DNA of 64,000 bases from Eledone cirrhosa (GCA_964016885.1 OZ024754.1:7998001-8062000), one strand, 5' to 3'; counted from the stretch's first letter, positions 1 through 12,972 are shown. The notes: a model not told the origin generated them from the sequence alone. Made by a program: numbers and translations.

Positions 1-240
1 ACTCATACACTGTTCACTTTCCTGACATTTGTACATTATTCTATGTACTATACATGCACCTTTGATGCGTTATAGTGCACCTGAGCTCTATAATAATATT
101 TCTAGATGTCTGTAGTCATAGTGACTTGGGCATCAGTAAATACAGACCCAGTAAACGTGAACACCATCGCAGGACAGCTGCGTCATTTAAACAAGTTTTC
201 AATGTGGACATTTAATTTGACCAATGAGATGTTGCTACAT

Positions 241-429
241 ACATGTCAACCTCTAAAAACGCAAACGGAGTACCATGAAAAAAAGTGTCCCAAAATAGAG
301 AGAAATGAGGCAAAATGGAGAGATTTTACATAATTAAAGCTATACTCATTTTCACAAGAGAAGACATCTCTCACCCACACTAAAGTGGGTGGGAGATCTC
401 GCCGTCCATTGAGGAGAGTTGACAGGTCT
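241..429. mobile_element. Non-autonomous TIR element (MITE), family T1
   Basis: Ends resemble AGACCTGYCAAC...GTTGACAGGTCT; internal hairpin ATCTCTCACCCAC/GTGGGTGGGAGAT; homologous copies at 3243-3396 (inverted) and 60231-60727. Confidence 0.65.
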
Positions 430-799
430 TCCCCTATTCATTAACGCGATACAGTCTCTAAACCTTGACTGATAGCAAACGTTTTGATGTCAGTTGCCAA
501 GTAATGATGGCTAACAAGGAATCTCATTCCAGTAATCCAAATACCTCACTGAAGTAAGGAATGTTCAACAGCATCCCTCCGAACTGATACAATTTAAATC
601 TTAGTTGCTAATTAGATCATTTTTGAAAATAAAATCTGCGTTTCAGCAGCTGCAAACAAAGAAGTACTATATTCAGTACAGTACATCTCGATTTGGTGAA
701 GTCCGCATAACAAGATGTTATTCTTTAAAACATATATAAAATATTCTCAATGAATTCCGGTAAATCTTAGTTAATTATATAACATATTTCCATACATAT

Positions 800-1078
800 A
801 TAGGCGGCATTCTGTCAGTTACTAAGACGAGTGTTCCAGTTGATGTGATCAACGTAATAACCTGCTCCTAAAATTAATATGCAAGTGGATGAGCATTCCA
901 CAGACACACATACACTTAACGTAGATCTCAGGGAGATTCAGCGTGACACATAATGTGACATGCCTGGCCATTCGAATTACAGGTACAACTCATTGGTGCC
1001 AGCTGAGTGGACTAGAACAACGCTAAATAAAGTGTCTTGCTCAAAGACACAACGTGCCGCGGAAAATCGAACTCAGCG
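800..1078 (-). mobile_element. tRNA-derived SINE, CORE-like family (body and tail)
   Basis: Minus strand has B-box-like GAGTTCGATTTTCC then TGAGCAAGACACTTTATTT, shared with 11964-12170, 20098-20315, 56700-56965 and 60735-60935. Confidence 0.7.
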
Positions 1079-1124
1079 TATTCGGCTTACAATCTCACAT
1101 ATATAGGAAAACTTTATAACAATT

Positions 1125-1160
<36 letters not shown>

Positions 1161-1567
1161 CTTAATCATTTCAGACATATTCACACGCAAAACTAACAAT
1201 ATATTGCTCGGAATATTTGGCACAATGCAGAATGGCTAAACGATTTATCACCAGAATATTTCCAATATTTTAAATTAAACAAAATAAATATTAGATATTT
1301 AATTAAATATTAGATATTATTAACTATTAAGTATTAAGTATTTTAATTAATTTAAGTTCCCATGATAATTTGTTATATATTGACTTTGTATATGTCTTCA
1401 AAAAAATAGTACTTTGAGTGTTGTAATGTTTTATTATTAATTATATCTGAGGGACCCCTTGCTGTCATCTTCCCAGTACACTTTAAAAGGAAGTGTTTAT
1501 CACACGTTTCTCATATATATTTCAGTCTTATTTAAACGCTACATATCCAAATATCATTATATATATA

Positions 1568-1612
<45 letters not shown>

Positions 1613-1615
<3 letters not shown>

Positions 1616-1891
1616 ATAACATGGTATCGTTTAAGGTAATCCAGCTAGAGGCTGGAAGTACTGTGTTGAGGATAAATTTAACGTACGGCGTTGTTTGACT
1701 CAACAAGAAGTTCCCTTAGTCAGGTGGCCAGTTTAAGAGAGTTCCTAGGCAAACATTGTAATTAAGTCGAGTGACGTAATTTCTAACGATCAGCGGCTTT
1801 TAGACTAACCTGATTAATGAAACAACTGTTAATACTGTAAATAAACCCTTTTTGTACAGCCGACCATGTTATTCTTCATTCTTTTACTATA
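1613..1891. mobile_element. (TA)n-inserted element, family Q (PLE-like architecture)
   Basis: Flanked by (TA)n; homologous to 15075-15540; GAAACAA(C/T)TGTTA resembles a helix III but no canonical CUGANGA plus helix II. Confidence 0.55.
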
Positions 1892-1899
1892 TATATATA

Positions 1900-2151
1900 T
1901 AAGATCAAAAGATGGTTAAAAGAGTTCCATGTATTTTATTATGCGCATTTCAAAAACAAATATCATTATGCAATAATATTTGTGTTTTCATCAGATAAAA
2001 TAGGAAGACATGATATGAAGGTTGAAGAACACTTGTGAATAATGCAGTTTTAAATCAACATATATATTATGTATACTCCAGTCCTACAAATTGTAGTGCT
2101 TCTTATCCGATATCTGCATTGCTTTATTGTACTACAATAAAACTCACCTCC

Positions 2152-2154
<3 letters not shown>
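1900..2154. mobile_element. PLE-like pLTR remnant, family A (inverted HHR arm plus tail)
   Basis: Minus strand TATTTTAT-CTGATGA-helixII-GAAATGCGCATA-ATAAAATA; + strand tail matches 48874-48960. Confidence 0.8.
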
Positions 2155-2193
<39 letters not shown>

Positions 2194-2285
2194 TATATAT
2201 ATATAATTATATATATAATTATATATATATATAATATTATTCAGAATATTAATAAATGAAGACATTCACATAATCAAAATATATG

Positions 2286-2347
2286 TTTTATTATATATAT
2301 TTCTAAGGTACTGTGCTGTTTTTGCAGTACGTCCTCGTCAGATAAAA
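2286..2347 (-). ncRNA. Type I hammerhead ribozyme, family P
   Basis: TTTTAT CTGACGA ggacGTACTG..CAGTACctta GAAA TATATA TA ATAAAA; helix I and II pair; helix III palindrome ATATATAT. Confidence 0.7.
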
Positions 2348-2504
2348 TACATGTATTTTCAAACTGAAATTGATTGTCAAACTGAAATTTCTTTTTGTGT
2401 TTTTTTTATCTTTATACCTCATTATGAAGAGCCAGGAAATTTTTCCTTGAACTCATAAAATTACAGGGGATTAACGCGAGTCTATCTCCGTATTTTTCAT
2501 TTGA

Positions 2505-2545
<41 letters not shown>

Positions 2546-2546
<1 letters not shown>

Positions 2547-2734
2547 GATATTAATATATGGAAACTATATTTATAAAACCATATTTATTTCATTATACAT
2601 ATTTCAGGGATACCACATTAAATTATGGTATGCCTTCATCAGACAAAATACAAAATACAAAAACTTGTCGAGTGCTTTATATCAGTTATAAAAATATTTA
2701 CTTGTTGTATCCCAACAACTTTAAATAGAACTTT

Positions 2735-2740
<6 letters not shown>
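2546..2740. mobile_element. PLE-like remnant, family B (inverted HHR arm plus tail)
   Basis: Minus strand TATTTTGT CTGATGA..GAAA TATGTA TA ATGAAATA; homologous to 21448-21876 and 56973-57495. Confidence 0.75.
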
Positions 2741-2771
<31 letters not shown>

Positions 2772-2773
<2 letters not shown>

Positions 2774-2860
2774 CCAGGGAGTGTAACATGAAGTTAATGT
2801 AGGTTCACCCAGATGAGCACTCGATGTTTAGGTTCACATCAGTGGCGAGGTGTTAAGCCT
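2772..2860 (-). mobile_element. Family D tail fragment
   Basis: Reverse complement of 55480-55543; follows (TA)n. Confidence 0.6.
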
Positions 2861-2937
2861 TCGTCACGTTTATTATGTGTGTATGTGTGTTGTGTTGTGT
2901 TGCCTGTATATATACACACAGGCAACACAACACACAA

Positions 2938-3024
2938 TTGTGGTGAGGAACCAGATGGACCATAATGCACCAGAGTATTCAATACTTAGGGTAGTAGAGT
3001 GGGTAATATGAAAATGTATGACCC
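2938..3024 (-). mobile_element. Family C tail fragment
   Basis: GGAACCAGATGGACCATAATGCACCAGAGTATTCAATACTTAGGGTAGTAGAGTGGG shared with nine other copies. Confidence 0.7.
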
Positions 3025-3058
3025 ACCACATACACACACACACACACACGTACGTACG

Positions 3059-3094
<36 letters not shown>

Positions 3095-3242
3095 TGTGTA
3101 TGTGTGTGTGATCCTAATTCGCTATTTATTCTTTTGGTTTTTAAAGTAATTGATATATTAATAGCATTATCTCATAACCCAACATATCTACCACAAGATA
3201 GCAATATCGTGAAAGTAATAATAATACCTGCTCCATGCTACT

Positions 3243-3396
3243 CACACCTGTCAAAATCTCCCCATGTTGCGTCTGTTGTGAATATGGGTCTAGCTTTTAT
3301 GTAAAATTCTCCCTATTTTGGCTCATTTCTCCCCGTTTGGTGACACCTTTTTTCATGGTACTCATCGTTTGGGGGTTTTAAAGGTTGGCAGGTCTG
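3243..3396. mobile_element. MITE family T1 copy
   Basis: Inverted homologue of 241-429; ends ACCTGTCAA / GTTGGCAGGTCTG. Confidence 0.6.
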
Positions 3397-4869
3397 GCTA
3401 CTACATGCTAACTTTGTTCGTTAATAGTTCACAATGTTTTACTGATACGACAGGAACTTTTAATAGCTGTGAGTTGACTGTATTCTCGCATCAAATCTTG
3501 AATGTCTCAAATGTACAAGCAATTGAAAGATCGACTAATATATCTAAAATGCAAATAGTATTAACAATAAATAAATTACAAGCAGTATGTGTTTTTTATT
3601 GCTGATAATATATAAAAAATAAACAATCGTTAAAGATAATGTTTACCCAAGGTGATTATAAAAAGGACTAACATGATTTATATTCCCGGATTATATCATG
3701 TTGGTTCTTCTAGCGTTTATATGTTCAGATAACGTTTATGAAAAGTAAATGAAATTGCAATGTAAGTACATCTTAAACAAATACTTTTAAATTACTGTTG
3801 TAATATAAACAAGCTGACCCTGTGGAAATTCCACGATTTAATTAGAAACAACCACCAGGTATTAACGACCCATATGACACTATTACACACACTCTTACCA
3901 ACTCCCTTTCCATAATCCCTCTCTCAACCTCTCTGACCACCCCCTGCCAACGTGACACAGATTTTTTTACCAGAGAAACAATGACTAAATAAGAGAACAA
4001 ATGTTTCTATTTACTCTTGTTATTATAGGGGTAATCACATAACATTAGGAATTAGAAAGCGAGAGATTGGAAACTTTCTCGTCTTATTCTTTATGTCAAT
4101 ACAGACTCTCTTGTGGAATGTAATTTATGGAAAATCACATCAAATAGCAATCAATATATAACGAAACCATTCGAAATATGTGTTAAGAACGATGACTTTT
4201 AAATGCAAAACACTGAAAGTTTTTTTTCCATTGCTGATATTTGAATTCGGCCATTACTTTTCCTATGTTGTATTACTTAAAATGGCGTGACATGTACGAT
4301 TTACCTAACGATAAAGAGATACATATAATTACTAGTCGATATAAACAAACAAAACTGATGTTGTAACTAATCTGGAGACTAAGTAATAAAGAAAGTGATT
4401 GCCTCTTCATCGAATTGAATCTAAATGAAATCGATTCAAACAAACATTTGTAAAATAAATAACGAAACTACTCGACCAAGTAAGTTGAAAGCCACACATA
4501 CTGTACATTACCATCTGAAGCACAAATATTACTTCTATTTTTATTAGTTAGTCTTTTTCTGCACATTCACTACTACTTTATTATTTTAAGAGCTCTCGTT
4601 TTGCATCAGACTATTTCATCTATAATATGTGTTTGTGTATTATAGACAGAAGTTCAAGTACATATTTAAACGTATAAATTTAATGTTGAAGATGGCGACT
4701 GAAATAAATTGAATTTTGGGAGATCGGTTTTTTTGTCACACACGAAATCTGATTGCTGTTTTAGACAGACGGTGGGAAGGAAAATAATACACCATACTCA
4801 TGATTGCAACATCATTTCCTATAGAAATTCAAATAGTATATATATATATAGGACAAATCATTATATTTT

Positions 4870-5395
4870 CAGCTTTAGGGCAGTGGATAAGCATGTTTTC
4901 AGACGCTCTACCGATTCTGCCAAACCACCGCCCTGTCGAAATAATAATGATTTCTAGTATAGGCATAATAATAATGATTTCTAGTCCAGTAATTTGGGAG
5001 GAGGGGAAATTCAATTAACTCGACTCGAGTACGTTACTGGTACTTTATTTTATCGACCCCGTAAGGATGAAAGGCAAAGTTAACTTTGGCGGGATTTGAA
5101 CTCAGAATGGAAAGAGATGTAACTCTTTGCATCAAAGCATGGCGTCCGACCCTCTACCGATACTGCCAATCCACCGCTTATGATTCATATTATGAAATAA
5201 TGGTTTCTTATATAGGCCAGCAATTTTGAGGGAGGGGAAAGTCGATTAAATTGACCCCAATGCATTAGAGGTACTTTATTTTATCGACCTCGTAAGGATG
5301 AAAGGCGAAGTTAACCTCGGCGGGATTTGAACTCAGACCACCGTAAAGGAACGTAACTATGCCGCAAAGCGTGATATCCAACCCCTCTACCGATA
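4870..5395 (-). mobile_element. Cluster of 2-3 tRNA-derived SINE copies (family S1)
   Basis: A-box TGGCAGTATCGG, B-box GAGTTCAAATCCC, central CCTTTCATCCTTACGGGGTCGATAAAATAAAGTACCAG. Confidence 0.85.
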
Positions 5396-5875
5396 TAGTG
5401 TAGAATGGATTTATAAAAATACATTGATACATATTTACTGCATTTGTGACTGGATTCATTTGAAACTCGGGTGTATATATGATGAAAATAGAAAACTTGG
5501 ATTAAGATATAACTAGCTAACATCTATTTTTATCGAGAGGTTTGCACTCAATTATCCCAGCTCGTGTAAAAGACGAAATTCAAAAGATACTGCCTTCAAT
5601 TATTGATTTCATATGCTATAAACTTGTTTCTTTCGTAGCGAAGAAGTCAAGTATTATGCTAATATCATCTATATCATTCATGAGATTTACTATTGAATGA
5701 ATAACGCCTCTGATATGTTTCTTTGACTTTCTTTTTCTGATTGAATCAGTATTTATGTTTACTTGCTTCTGTTGCTAACCGTTTATCTGTGTATAACTTC
5801 AGTTTACGTGCCTCTTTGGTAGCATCTGATTAGCACCCTTTCTCTCTATGTCTCTCACCGTATTATATATATATA

Positions 5876-5985
5876 ATCCCGCCGAGGTTGACTTTGCCTT
5901 TCATCCTTACGGGGTCGATAAAATAAAGTACCAGTAATGCACTGGGTAATTGCTGGCCTTGTGCCTAAAGTAGAAACAATTATAT
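5876..5985 (+). mobile_element. 5'-truncated SINE S1 in (TA)n
   Basis: Central domain plus 3' tail GCTGGCCTTGTGCCTAAAGTAGAAACAATTA. Confidence 0.8.
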
Positions 5986-5991
5986 ATATAT

Positions 5992-6137
5992 AAACATTAA
6001 TATCGTTCATTGATTACTCAATGAATATAGTTTTACAATAGATTAAAAGCACTCTACAAGTAGGTTTTCAGGAGTTATTAATATTATTCAGAATATTAAT
6101 TTTATTTCAGAATATTTATTAATATTCTGAATGTTAT
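5992..6137. mobile_element. Family P remnant (tail plus short fold-back)
   Basis: TATTATTCAGAATATTAAT matches 2235 and folds back; minus-strand tail homologous to the family A/B tails. Confidence 0.55.
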
Positions 6138-6191
6138 ATATATATATATTCCTTTAATATATATATATATATTAATATATATATATATATT

Positions 6192-6424
6192 AAAGGAATT
6201 GTGGTAAGGAACCAGATGGAGTATAACGCACCAGAGTACTCAATACTTAGGTTAGTAGAGTGGGAAATAGGAAAAAGTATGACCCCGACAGCAGAGCTCA
6301 ATATAAGGAAGTACCCCCTTGACAAGTTCGGCTATTTATGCACCAGGCTAAAAATTCTAATATTAGTCCAGAAATAGCCGTCGAAACGGCTTGAGCTCTG
6401 CCGTCGGGGTCATACTTTTTCCTA
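6192..6424. mobile_element. PLE-like inverted insertion, family C
   Basis: Long arm (-) 6192-6300, short arm (+) ending TTCCTAT|ATA; both ends in (TA)n. Confidence 0.8.
6313..6410 (+). ncRNA. Type I hammerhead ribozyme, family C (U3-A8 core)
   Basis: ACCCCC TTGACAA gttCGGCTATTT..AAATAGCCGtc GAAA CGGC..GCCG TC GGGGT; GUC cleavage triplet at 6403-6405. Confidence 0.7.
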
Positions 6425-6483
6425 TATATATATATATATATATAGGTGTATACATACATGCATACACACATATATATATATAT

Positions 6484-6645
6484 ATTTAATATAGAAATGG
6501 CTTCTACAGGACTAGAACTGTTTCATTCGAAGGAAATCATCAGGATGAATATATAGAAGCCATTTCTATATTAAATATTTATACTCTGTTATGTATTGAG
6601 TACCTTACTGAGGATACCGCCGATTGAACACGGGATACACATACC

Positions 6646-6647
<2 letters not shown>
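6484..6647. mobile_element. PLE-like inverted insertion, family E (degenerate HHR on minus strand 6510-6543)
   Basis: Inverted repeat AATATAGAAATGGCTTCTA / TAGAAGCCATTTCTATATT; minus strand CTGATGA..GAAAC..GTC; tail with ACTC..GAGT. Confidence 0.65.
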
Positions 6648-6678
<31 letters not shown>

Positions 6679-6812
6679 CTCACTCTCTCTCTCTCTCTCT
6701 CTTTCTCTCTGGAAAAGAATGAAATGTAATTTCATTTCTCACTCTTAGTACGGCTCATACTTAAATATAAGTATGTATACGTACATACATATATGTATAC
6801 AGACGTACAGTA

Positions 6813-6854
<42 letters not shown>

Positions 6855-6858
<4 letters not shown>

Positions 6859-7219
6859 GTATGGATTTACCGAACATTTATTATAATGCTCGGTTTGTTT
6901 GTAAACAAACATCCCGTATTAAGCCGTAGTGTCTAGCAACCATCGTTGCTCATTTGTTCAACACTGACAAAGGAACGATGAACTAGTTTCTAGCTTATCA
7001 GCTATCGTCAGCATCGTATAACTTCCTGTCAGATGATTGAACGTTTGAAAGTATATACTTTCCTTATGCATATTAACGGCTGAAACTAGTTCATCGTTCC
7101 TTTGTCAGTGTTGAACAGAAGGGTAACGATGGTTGCCGAACACTGTACGGTTTAATTCGGACTGTTTGTTTACAAACAAACCGACACATTATTATAAATG
7201 TTCGGTAAATCCATACGTA
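6855..7219. mobile_element. PLE-like fold-back insertion, family F
   Basis: ~140-nt inverted arms 6855-6995 and 7078-7219 bounded by (TA)n. Confidence 0.8.
6975..7017 (-). ncRNA. Minimal type I hammerhead ribozyme, family F
   Basis: ACGATG CTGACGA TAGCT gata AGCTA GAAA CTAG TT CATCGT: perfect helix I (6 bp), helix II (5 bp), palindromic helix III, intact core. Confidence 0.9.
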
Positions 7220-7339
7220 CATATATATATATATATGTGTCCATGTATGTATATATATACATACTACTATACGTCTGTATACATATATGTATGTACGTAT
7301 ACATACTTATATTTATATACATATATGTCTATATACATA

Positions 7340-9000
7340 TATATATTATATCTATCTATATTTATATATATATGATATATATTATATCTATCTATATTTA
7401 TATATATATGATATATATTATATCTATCAATATTTATATATATATGATATATATTATATCTATCAATATTTATATATATATGATATATATTATATCTATC
7501 AATATTTATATATATATGATATATATTATATCTATCAATATTTATATATATATGATATATAATATATCTATCAATATCTATATACATATATATATTATAT
7601 CTATCAATATCTATATACATATGATATATATATTATATCTATCAATATCTATATACATATGATATATATTATATCTATCAATATCTACATACATATGATA
7701 TATATTATATCTATCAATATCTACATACATATGATATATATTATATCTATCAATATCTACATACATATGATATATATTATATCTATCAATATCTACATAC
7801 ATATGATATATATTATATCTATCAATATCTACATACATATGATATATATTATATCTATCAATATCTACATACATATGATATATATTATATCTATCAATAT
7901 CTACATACATATAATATATATTATATTTATCAATATCTACATACATATGATATATATTATATTTATCAATATCTACATACATATGATATATATTATATTT
8001 ATCAATATCTATATACATACGATATATATTATATCTATCAATATCTACATACATATAATATATATTATATCTATCAATATCTACATACATATAATATATA
8101 TTATATTTATCAATATCTACATACATATGATATATATTATATTTATCAATATCTACATACATATGATATATATTATATTTATCAATATCTATATACATAC
8201 GATATATATATATATATATATACATATGATGTACATATGATATATATATATGATATATACATATATATATCTGATATATACATATATATCTGATATATAC
8301 ATATATATATATCTGATATATACATATATATCTGATATATACATATATATATATGATATATACATATATCTGATATATATATATATCTGATATATATATA
8401 TATGATATATACATATACATATATGATATATACATATATATATATATATGATATATACATATATATATATGATATATACATATATATATATATATGATAT
8501 ATACATATATATATATATATGATATATACATATATATATATATATGATATATACATATATATATATGATATATACATATATATATATGATATATACATAT
8601 ATATATATGATATATACATATATATATATGATATATACATATATATATATGATATATACATATATATATGATATATACATATATATTTGATATATACATA
8701 TATATATATATGATATATACATATTTATATATATGATATATACATATATGATATATATGATATATACATATTTATATATATGATATATACATATATGATA
8801 TATATGATATATATGATATATACATATATGATATATATGATATATATGATATATACATATATGATATATACATATATATATATATATCATATGTATATAT
8901 AATATCTATATATCATATGTATATATCATATGTATATATCATATGTATATATCATATGTATATATCATATGTATATATGATATGTATATATGATATGTAT
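7340..9000. repeat. AT-rich minisatellite (36-bp unit to ~8210, then TATGATATATACATA variants)
   Basis: Visible tandem array; 12-codon periodic ORFs. Confidence 0.95.
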
Positions 9001-9784
9001 ACATGTGTCTATGTATACATGTGTCTATGTATACATGTGTCTATGTATGCATACATCTAAGTGTGTGCGTACGTGTCGCGTCATATTTGCCAGCCTATAT
9101 CTAAATTACGTTAACAACCAGCCAAATGATAACTGTCCATATATGTTTTTATACAGAAGACAGCCCTTTATGTAATATACCTTGTAATAAATCCTGTAAT
9201 ATATATTGTAATATATATTGTGATATATATCATAATATATATTATAATATATATTGTGATATATTGTGATATATATTGTAATATATATTGTAATATATAT
9301 TGTAATATATATTGTAATATATATTGTGATATATCCTGATATGTGAAAATTACTAAGTCACTTATTTTATAATTACCCGTCTATAGACTGTGATTTTGAT
9401 AAACATCTTCGAGCGTTTTCCGGAAATATTTGAAACAAATAGTGTTTTGTTTTTATAATTGTACAACACCAATATTGTTAAGGAGTGGTATATAATTGTA
9501 TTGATTGTTGACAACATATAAATCATAGTACCAAGTTTACCTGCCAGGTAGAAATATATAGAAACGTCAATTTTAATGAAGCACTAGACCACAGGTGAAC
9601 CGTTGTGTCCCGTTCACTTCAAAATATTTTTGGTAAATCATGTATCACTTAAAAATAATTTTTAAATAATTAAAGTATACACAGACATGTATATAATGTG
9701 AAATGAACCCGGAAGGCCAATATATGTGTGTGTATGTATATATATATATTAATGTGTGTGTGTGAGTATACATATATACATGTA

Positions 9785-9815
<31 letters not shown>

Positions 9816-10082
9816 TTCTTCTAACTTTCATTTTATACCTAATTGTGTATGGTTGACGATATATTTAATCGATTTCCCCGTGCTATTAGAAGTGGTGGGT
9901 AAATATTCTATAGCTGTTGATCGCGGATATATAGCTGTCGTTTATTTATCTATTATTTCTTCATATGTGCCTTTTATTCTTATAGCCTTGTTTAATTGTT
10001 TTTTTTTTTGTGTGGTTGATTATGCTGATTGGGAGAGGAGTTGATGTATATATTTTATCAAATGATTCTATGGACATACTTT

Positions 10083-10160
<78 letters not shown>

Positions 10161-10163
<3 letters not shown>

Positions 10164-10354
10164 CAAAGGAAATGTGTTAAGGAACCAGATGGACCATAAC
10201 GCACCAAAGTACTCAATACTTAGGGTAGTAGAGTGGATGATAGGAATGAGTAGGACCCCGACGGCTGAGCTCAAGCCGTTTCGACGGCTAATTCAGTCCA
10301 GAATTAGCCGTCGAAACGGCTTGAGCTCAGCCGTCGGGATCCGACTCGTTCCTC
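10161..10354. mobile_element. Family C inverted insertion
   Basis: Long arm (-), short arm (+); fold-back centre lies inside HHR helix II. Confidence 0.8.
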
Positions 10355-10368
10355 TATATATATATATA

Positions 10369-10525
10369 TAGTGGTGGAACACTGGAAGGTAGTATCCGTA
10401 GTGGTAGAGCACTCAGTCCAAGGGACGAGTTAGGTAGAAGTGGTGACACAACAGTTAGTTCACCATACCGAAAACAATTTCACTATATTGTTCTCGGTAT
10501 GGTGAACAAACTGTTGTGTAACCAC

Positions 10526-10530
<5 letters not shown>
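10369..10530. mobile_element. PLE-like inverted insertion, family G
   Basis: Inverted repeat TAGAAGTGGTGACACAACAG..ATACCGA / TCGGTAT..CTGTTGTGTAACCACTTCTA; homologue with HHR at 44481-44602. Confidence 0.7.
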
Positions 10531-10577
<47 letters not shown>

Positions 10578-10679
10578 GGGTGTATGATCTATATGCACTG
10601 GTCATAGGCACACACAAACATATATACACCCACTCACACATATATATGTATGTGTGCGTGCGTGTATATATATATATCT

Positions 10680-11039
10680 ATCTATCTATCTAAGGCGGGT
10701 AAAATTCCCGAGATACATGGACGAGTTCTCTCCAGCGGTCTCTGTCCCTCATTATCGCTGCCATGTCCTGCATCTCCAACAGACCAGTGTCTGTCCTTAG
10801 GGCATCAACATATGTTAACCTTGGTCTTCCTCTTCTAGTGTGTCCATGTAGGGGCTCCCAAAGGAGCACTGAGTGCAATGTCAACTCTGAATGTCGGTGA
10901 GCATGTCCAGCCAACCTCAGTCTCCTCTGTGTCACTTTTGAGCTGACTTTTGGGATGCTCCCATACAGCTCTGAGTTTTTCATCCTCAGTGTATACTGAT
11001 TAATACGAGAATGCTGAGGATGGCTCTGAACATTAATCA

Positions 11040-11045
<6 letters not shown>
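10680..11045 (-). mobile_element. RTE-clade LINE 3' fragment (family R1) with short 5' inversion
   Basis: ORF RRLRLAGHAHRH..RRGRPRLTYVD..DRDRWR; stop TAG runs into an (ATAG)n tail; 11005-11045 is the inverted continuation. Confidence 0.85.
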
Positions 11046-11087
<42 letters not shown>

Positions 11088-11807
11088 ATATATGTAGAAA
11101 TAAACAGTAAATTGTGTGTCTAGAATTACGAGGATTGAAATATTACATTTGTTTGATAAATTTAACCTGAAGCAAACAGAAGATATAGAATAGATATACA
11201 GACCGTCTCAATAACTATTTCATCTCTCGGACAGATTAGAGATTTAATGTTTCGCCCTCACAAAGAGTGAAAAATACATGGATTCGAAAACATAAAATGC
11301 ACATCTTTTTCTTGCTCTTGCTCGACGACGCCGGGGTCATCCTAAGCATCTGGCTCAGAGGATTGACAGTTTCCATAGCACAGTCTTGAGGACCATCAAA
11401 AACATCACATCGAACCACCGCGTTTCCAACAATAAATGCATATAGAGAGCAAAAATTGTATAAAATGAAACGAAGTACACTACATGAAAAGAGACATAAG
11501 CGATCTGGCGTTTCGGGTAAAATCGTTTATCAAAGCAGAGTAAAAGGAAAAAAAGGTGTATCAATGATGGAAGAGTTAGAATGGTGGACGTGTTAGAATA
11601 ATATGAATTTATAAAATACAAGACGGTCACTTTGTTACGGTCCTTTGATTTAATGGTTTAAAGCGTCTACCCGGTATCTGGGAGCTATGGGATTCGATTC
11701 CTCATAGTGGCTAATGGTAACTTCTTTTTCAATCTTTCAGGTTCTCCCCACTATTTTATAAACTCTTTATTGCATATCTGCGCATCATTATATACATATA
11801 TATATAT

Positions 11808-11922
11808 CAGGATGGATTCTGTACTCACAAGAGTACTCGATACGTGGGGTAGTATAGTATGGTTATAAGAATGAGTCAAGACCCCGACGGCTGAGCTCCT
11901 GCCGTTTCAACGGCTAGTTCCA
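11808..11922 (-). mobile_element. Family C diverged copy
   Basis: GACCCCGACGGCTGAGCTC..GCCGTTTC plus tail, between (TA)n tracts. Confidence 0.65.
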
Positions 11923-11923
11923 A

Positions 11924-11963
<40 letters not shown>

Positions 11964-11968
<5 letters not shown>

Positions 11969-12170
11969 CAGTCGATCGAATTTCGTCAAACGTTTCCGTT
12001 GGTCTTTCCAATTGCTAATACTCTCTATCGGTCGCAACTCCGGGTAGAAGGAGCAACGTGAAATAAAGTGTCTTGCCCAAGGACATGACGCATCGTCTGG
12101 TCCGAGAATCGAACTCACTACCTCACGATTGCGAATCATTTTATAACCACTCAGCCACGCGCCTTCACTA
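11964..12170 (-). mobile_element. tRNA-derived CORE-like SINE
   Basis: Minus strand GGCGCGTGGCTGAGTGGTT (A box), GAGTTCGATTCTC (B box), CCTTGGGCAAGACACTTTATTTCAC; homologue at 20098-20315. Confidence 0.8.
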
Positions 12171-12172
12171 TA

Positions 12173-12207
<35 letters not shown>

Positions 12208-12208
<1 letters not shown>

Positions 12209-12556
12209 AGATCAAAAGATGGTTAAAAGTGTTCCAAGTATTTTATTATGCGCATTTCAAAAACAAATATCACCATGAGATGACATCTGCGTTTTCATCA
12301 GATAAAATAGGGATACATGATATGAAGGTTAAAAAACACTTGTGAATAGTGAAGTTTTAAATCAACATATGAAAAATAATTTAAGATTGATGTGTGATAT
12401 TGGGAAAAAGTGAGGGGTGGAAAGGGTGAGAAAGAGGGGGAGATGAGAGTAAAGAATGGTGGGGAAGGAGTATAAGAAGGAAGGATGAGATAGGAGGACA
12501 GATGGGTGATAGAGAGAGAGAGAGATAGCCTTTACAACTGAGAAAAATATATAGTG
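12208..12556 (-). mobile_element. Family A copy with HHR
   Basis: Homologous to 48084-48400; CTGATGA..GAAATGCGCATA on the minus strand. Confidence 0.8.
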
Positions 12557-12972
12557 TCTCACAGTATATATATATATATATAAATAGATTAAAGTTTAAG
12601 CAAAGAATCGCTGCTTTGACCCTCAACGGGAACTTCTGAATATTTGCTCTACAGTTTTTATATGTATATATATATAAATATATATAATTCTTATCGAAAC
12701 ATCTTCGGATCTTAGTCTTCACATTTTTTATTATATATATATATATATATAACAAAATCATACCAACATGAAATTGAGACATAAGTTGCATTTGCAGTTA
12801 ACTCGAGAAATAAAGTGATATTAAAGAAATATTTTTTTAATGTTAAGAGACAGTAAAATATAGGAGACATTTCTGATAAAAAAAGGACTTGACATTGATT
12901 CCATCCACAACCTTTACCCTTCATATTCTTGTAGTTCCTTTGAAAATAATATTTGCATTTCAATTACTGAAT

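Noticed and set aside
7133-8890. Long Y/I/M-rich ORFs (also 23958-27085, 36817-37745, 39725-41011)
   Set aside because: Translations of TA/CA minisatellites; no coding complexity.
11638-11712. tRNA-like A/B boxes
   Set aside because: No cloverleaf can be drawn; probably a decayed SINE head.
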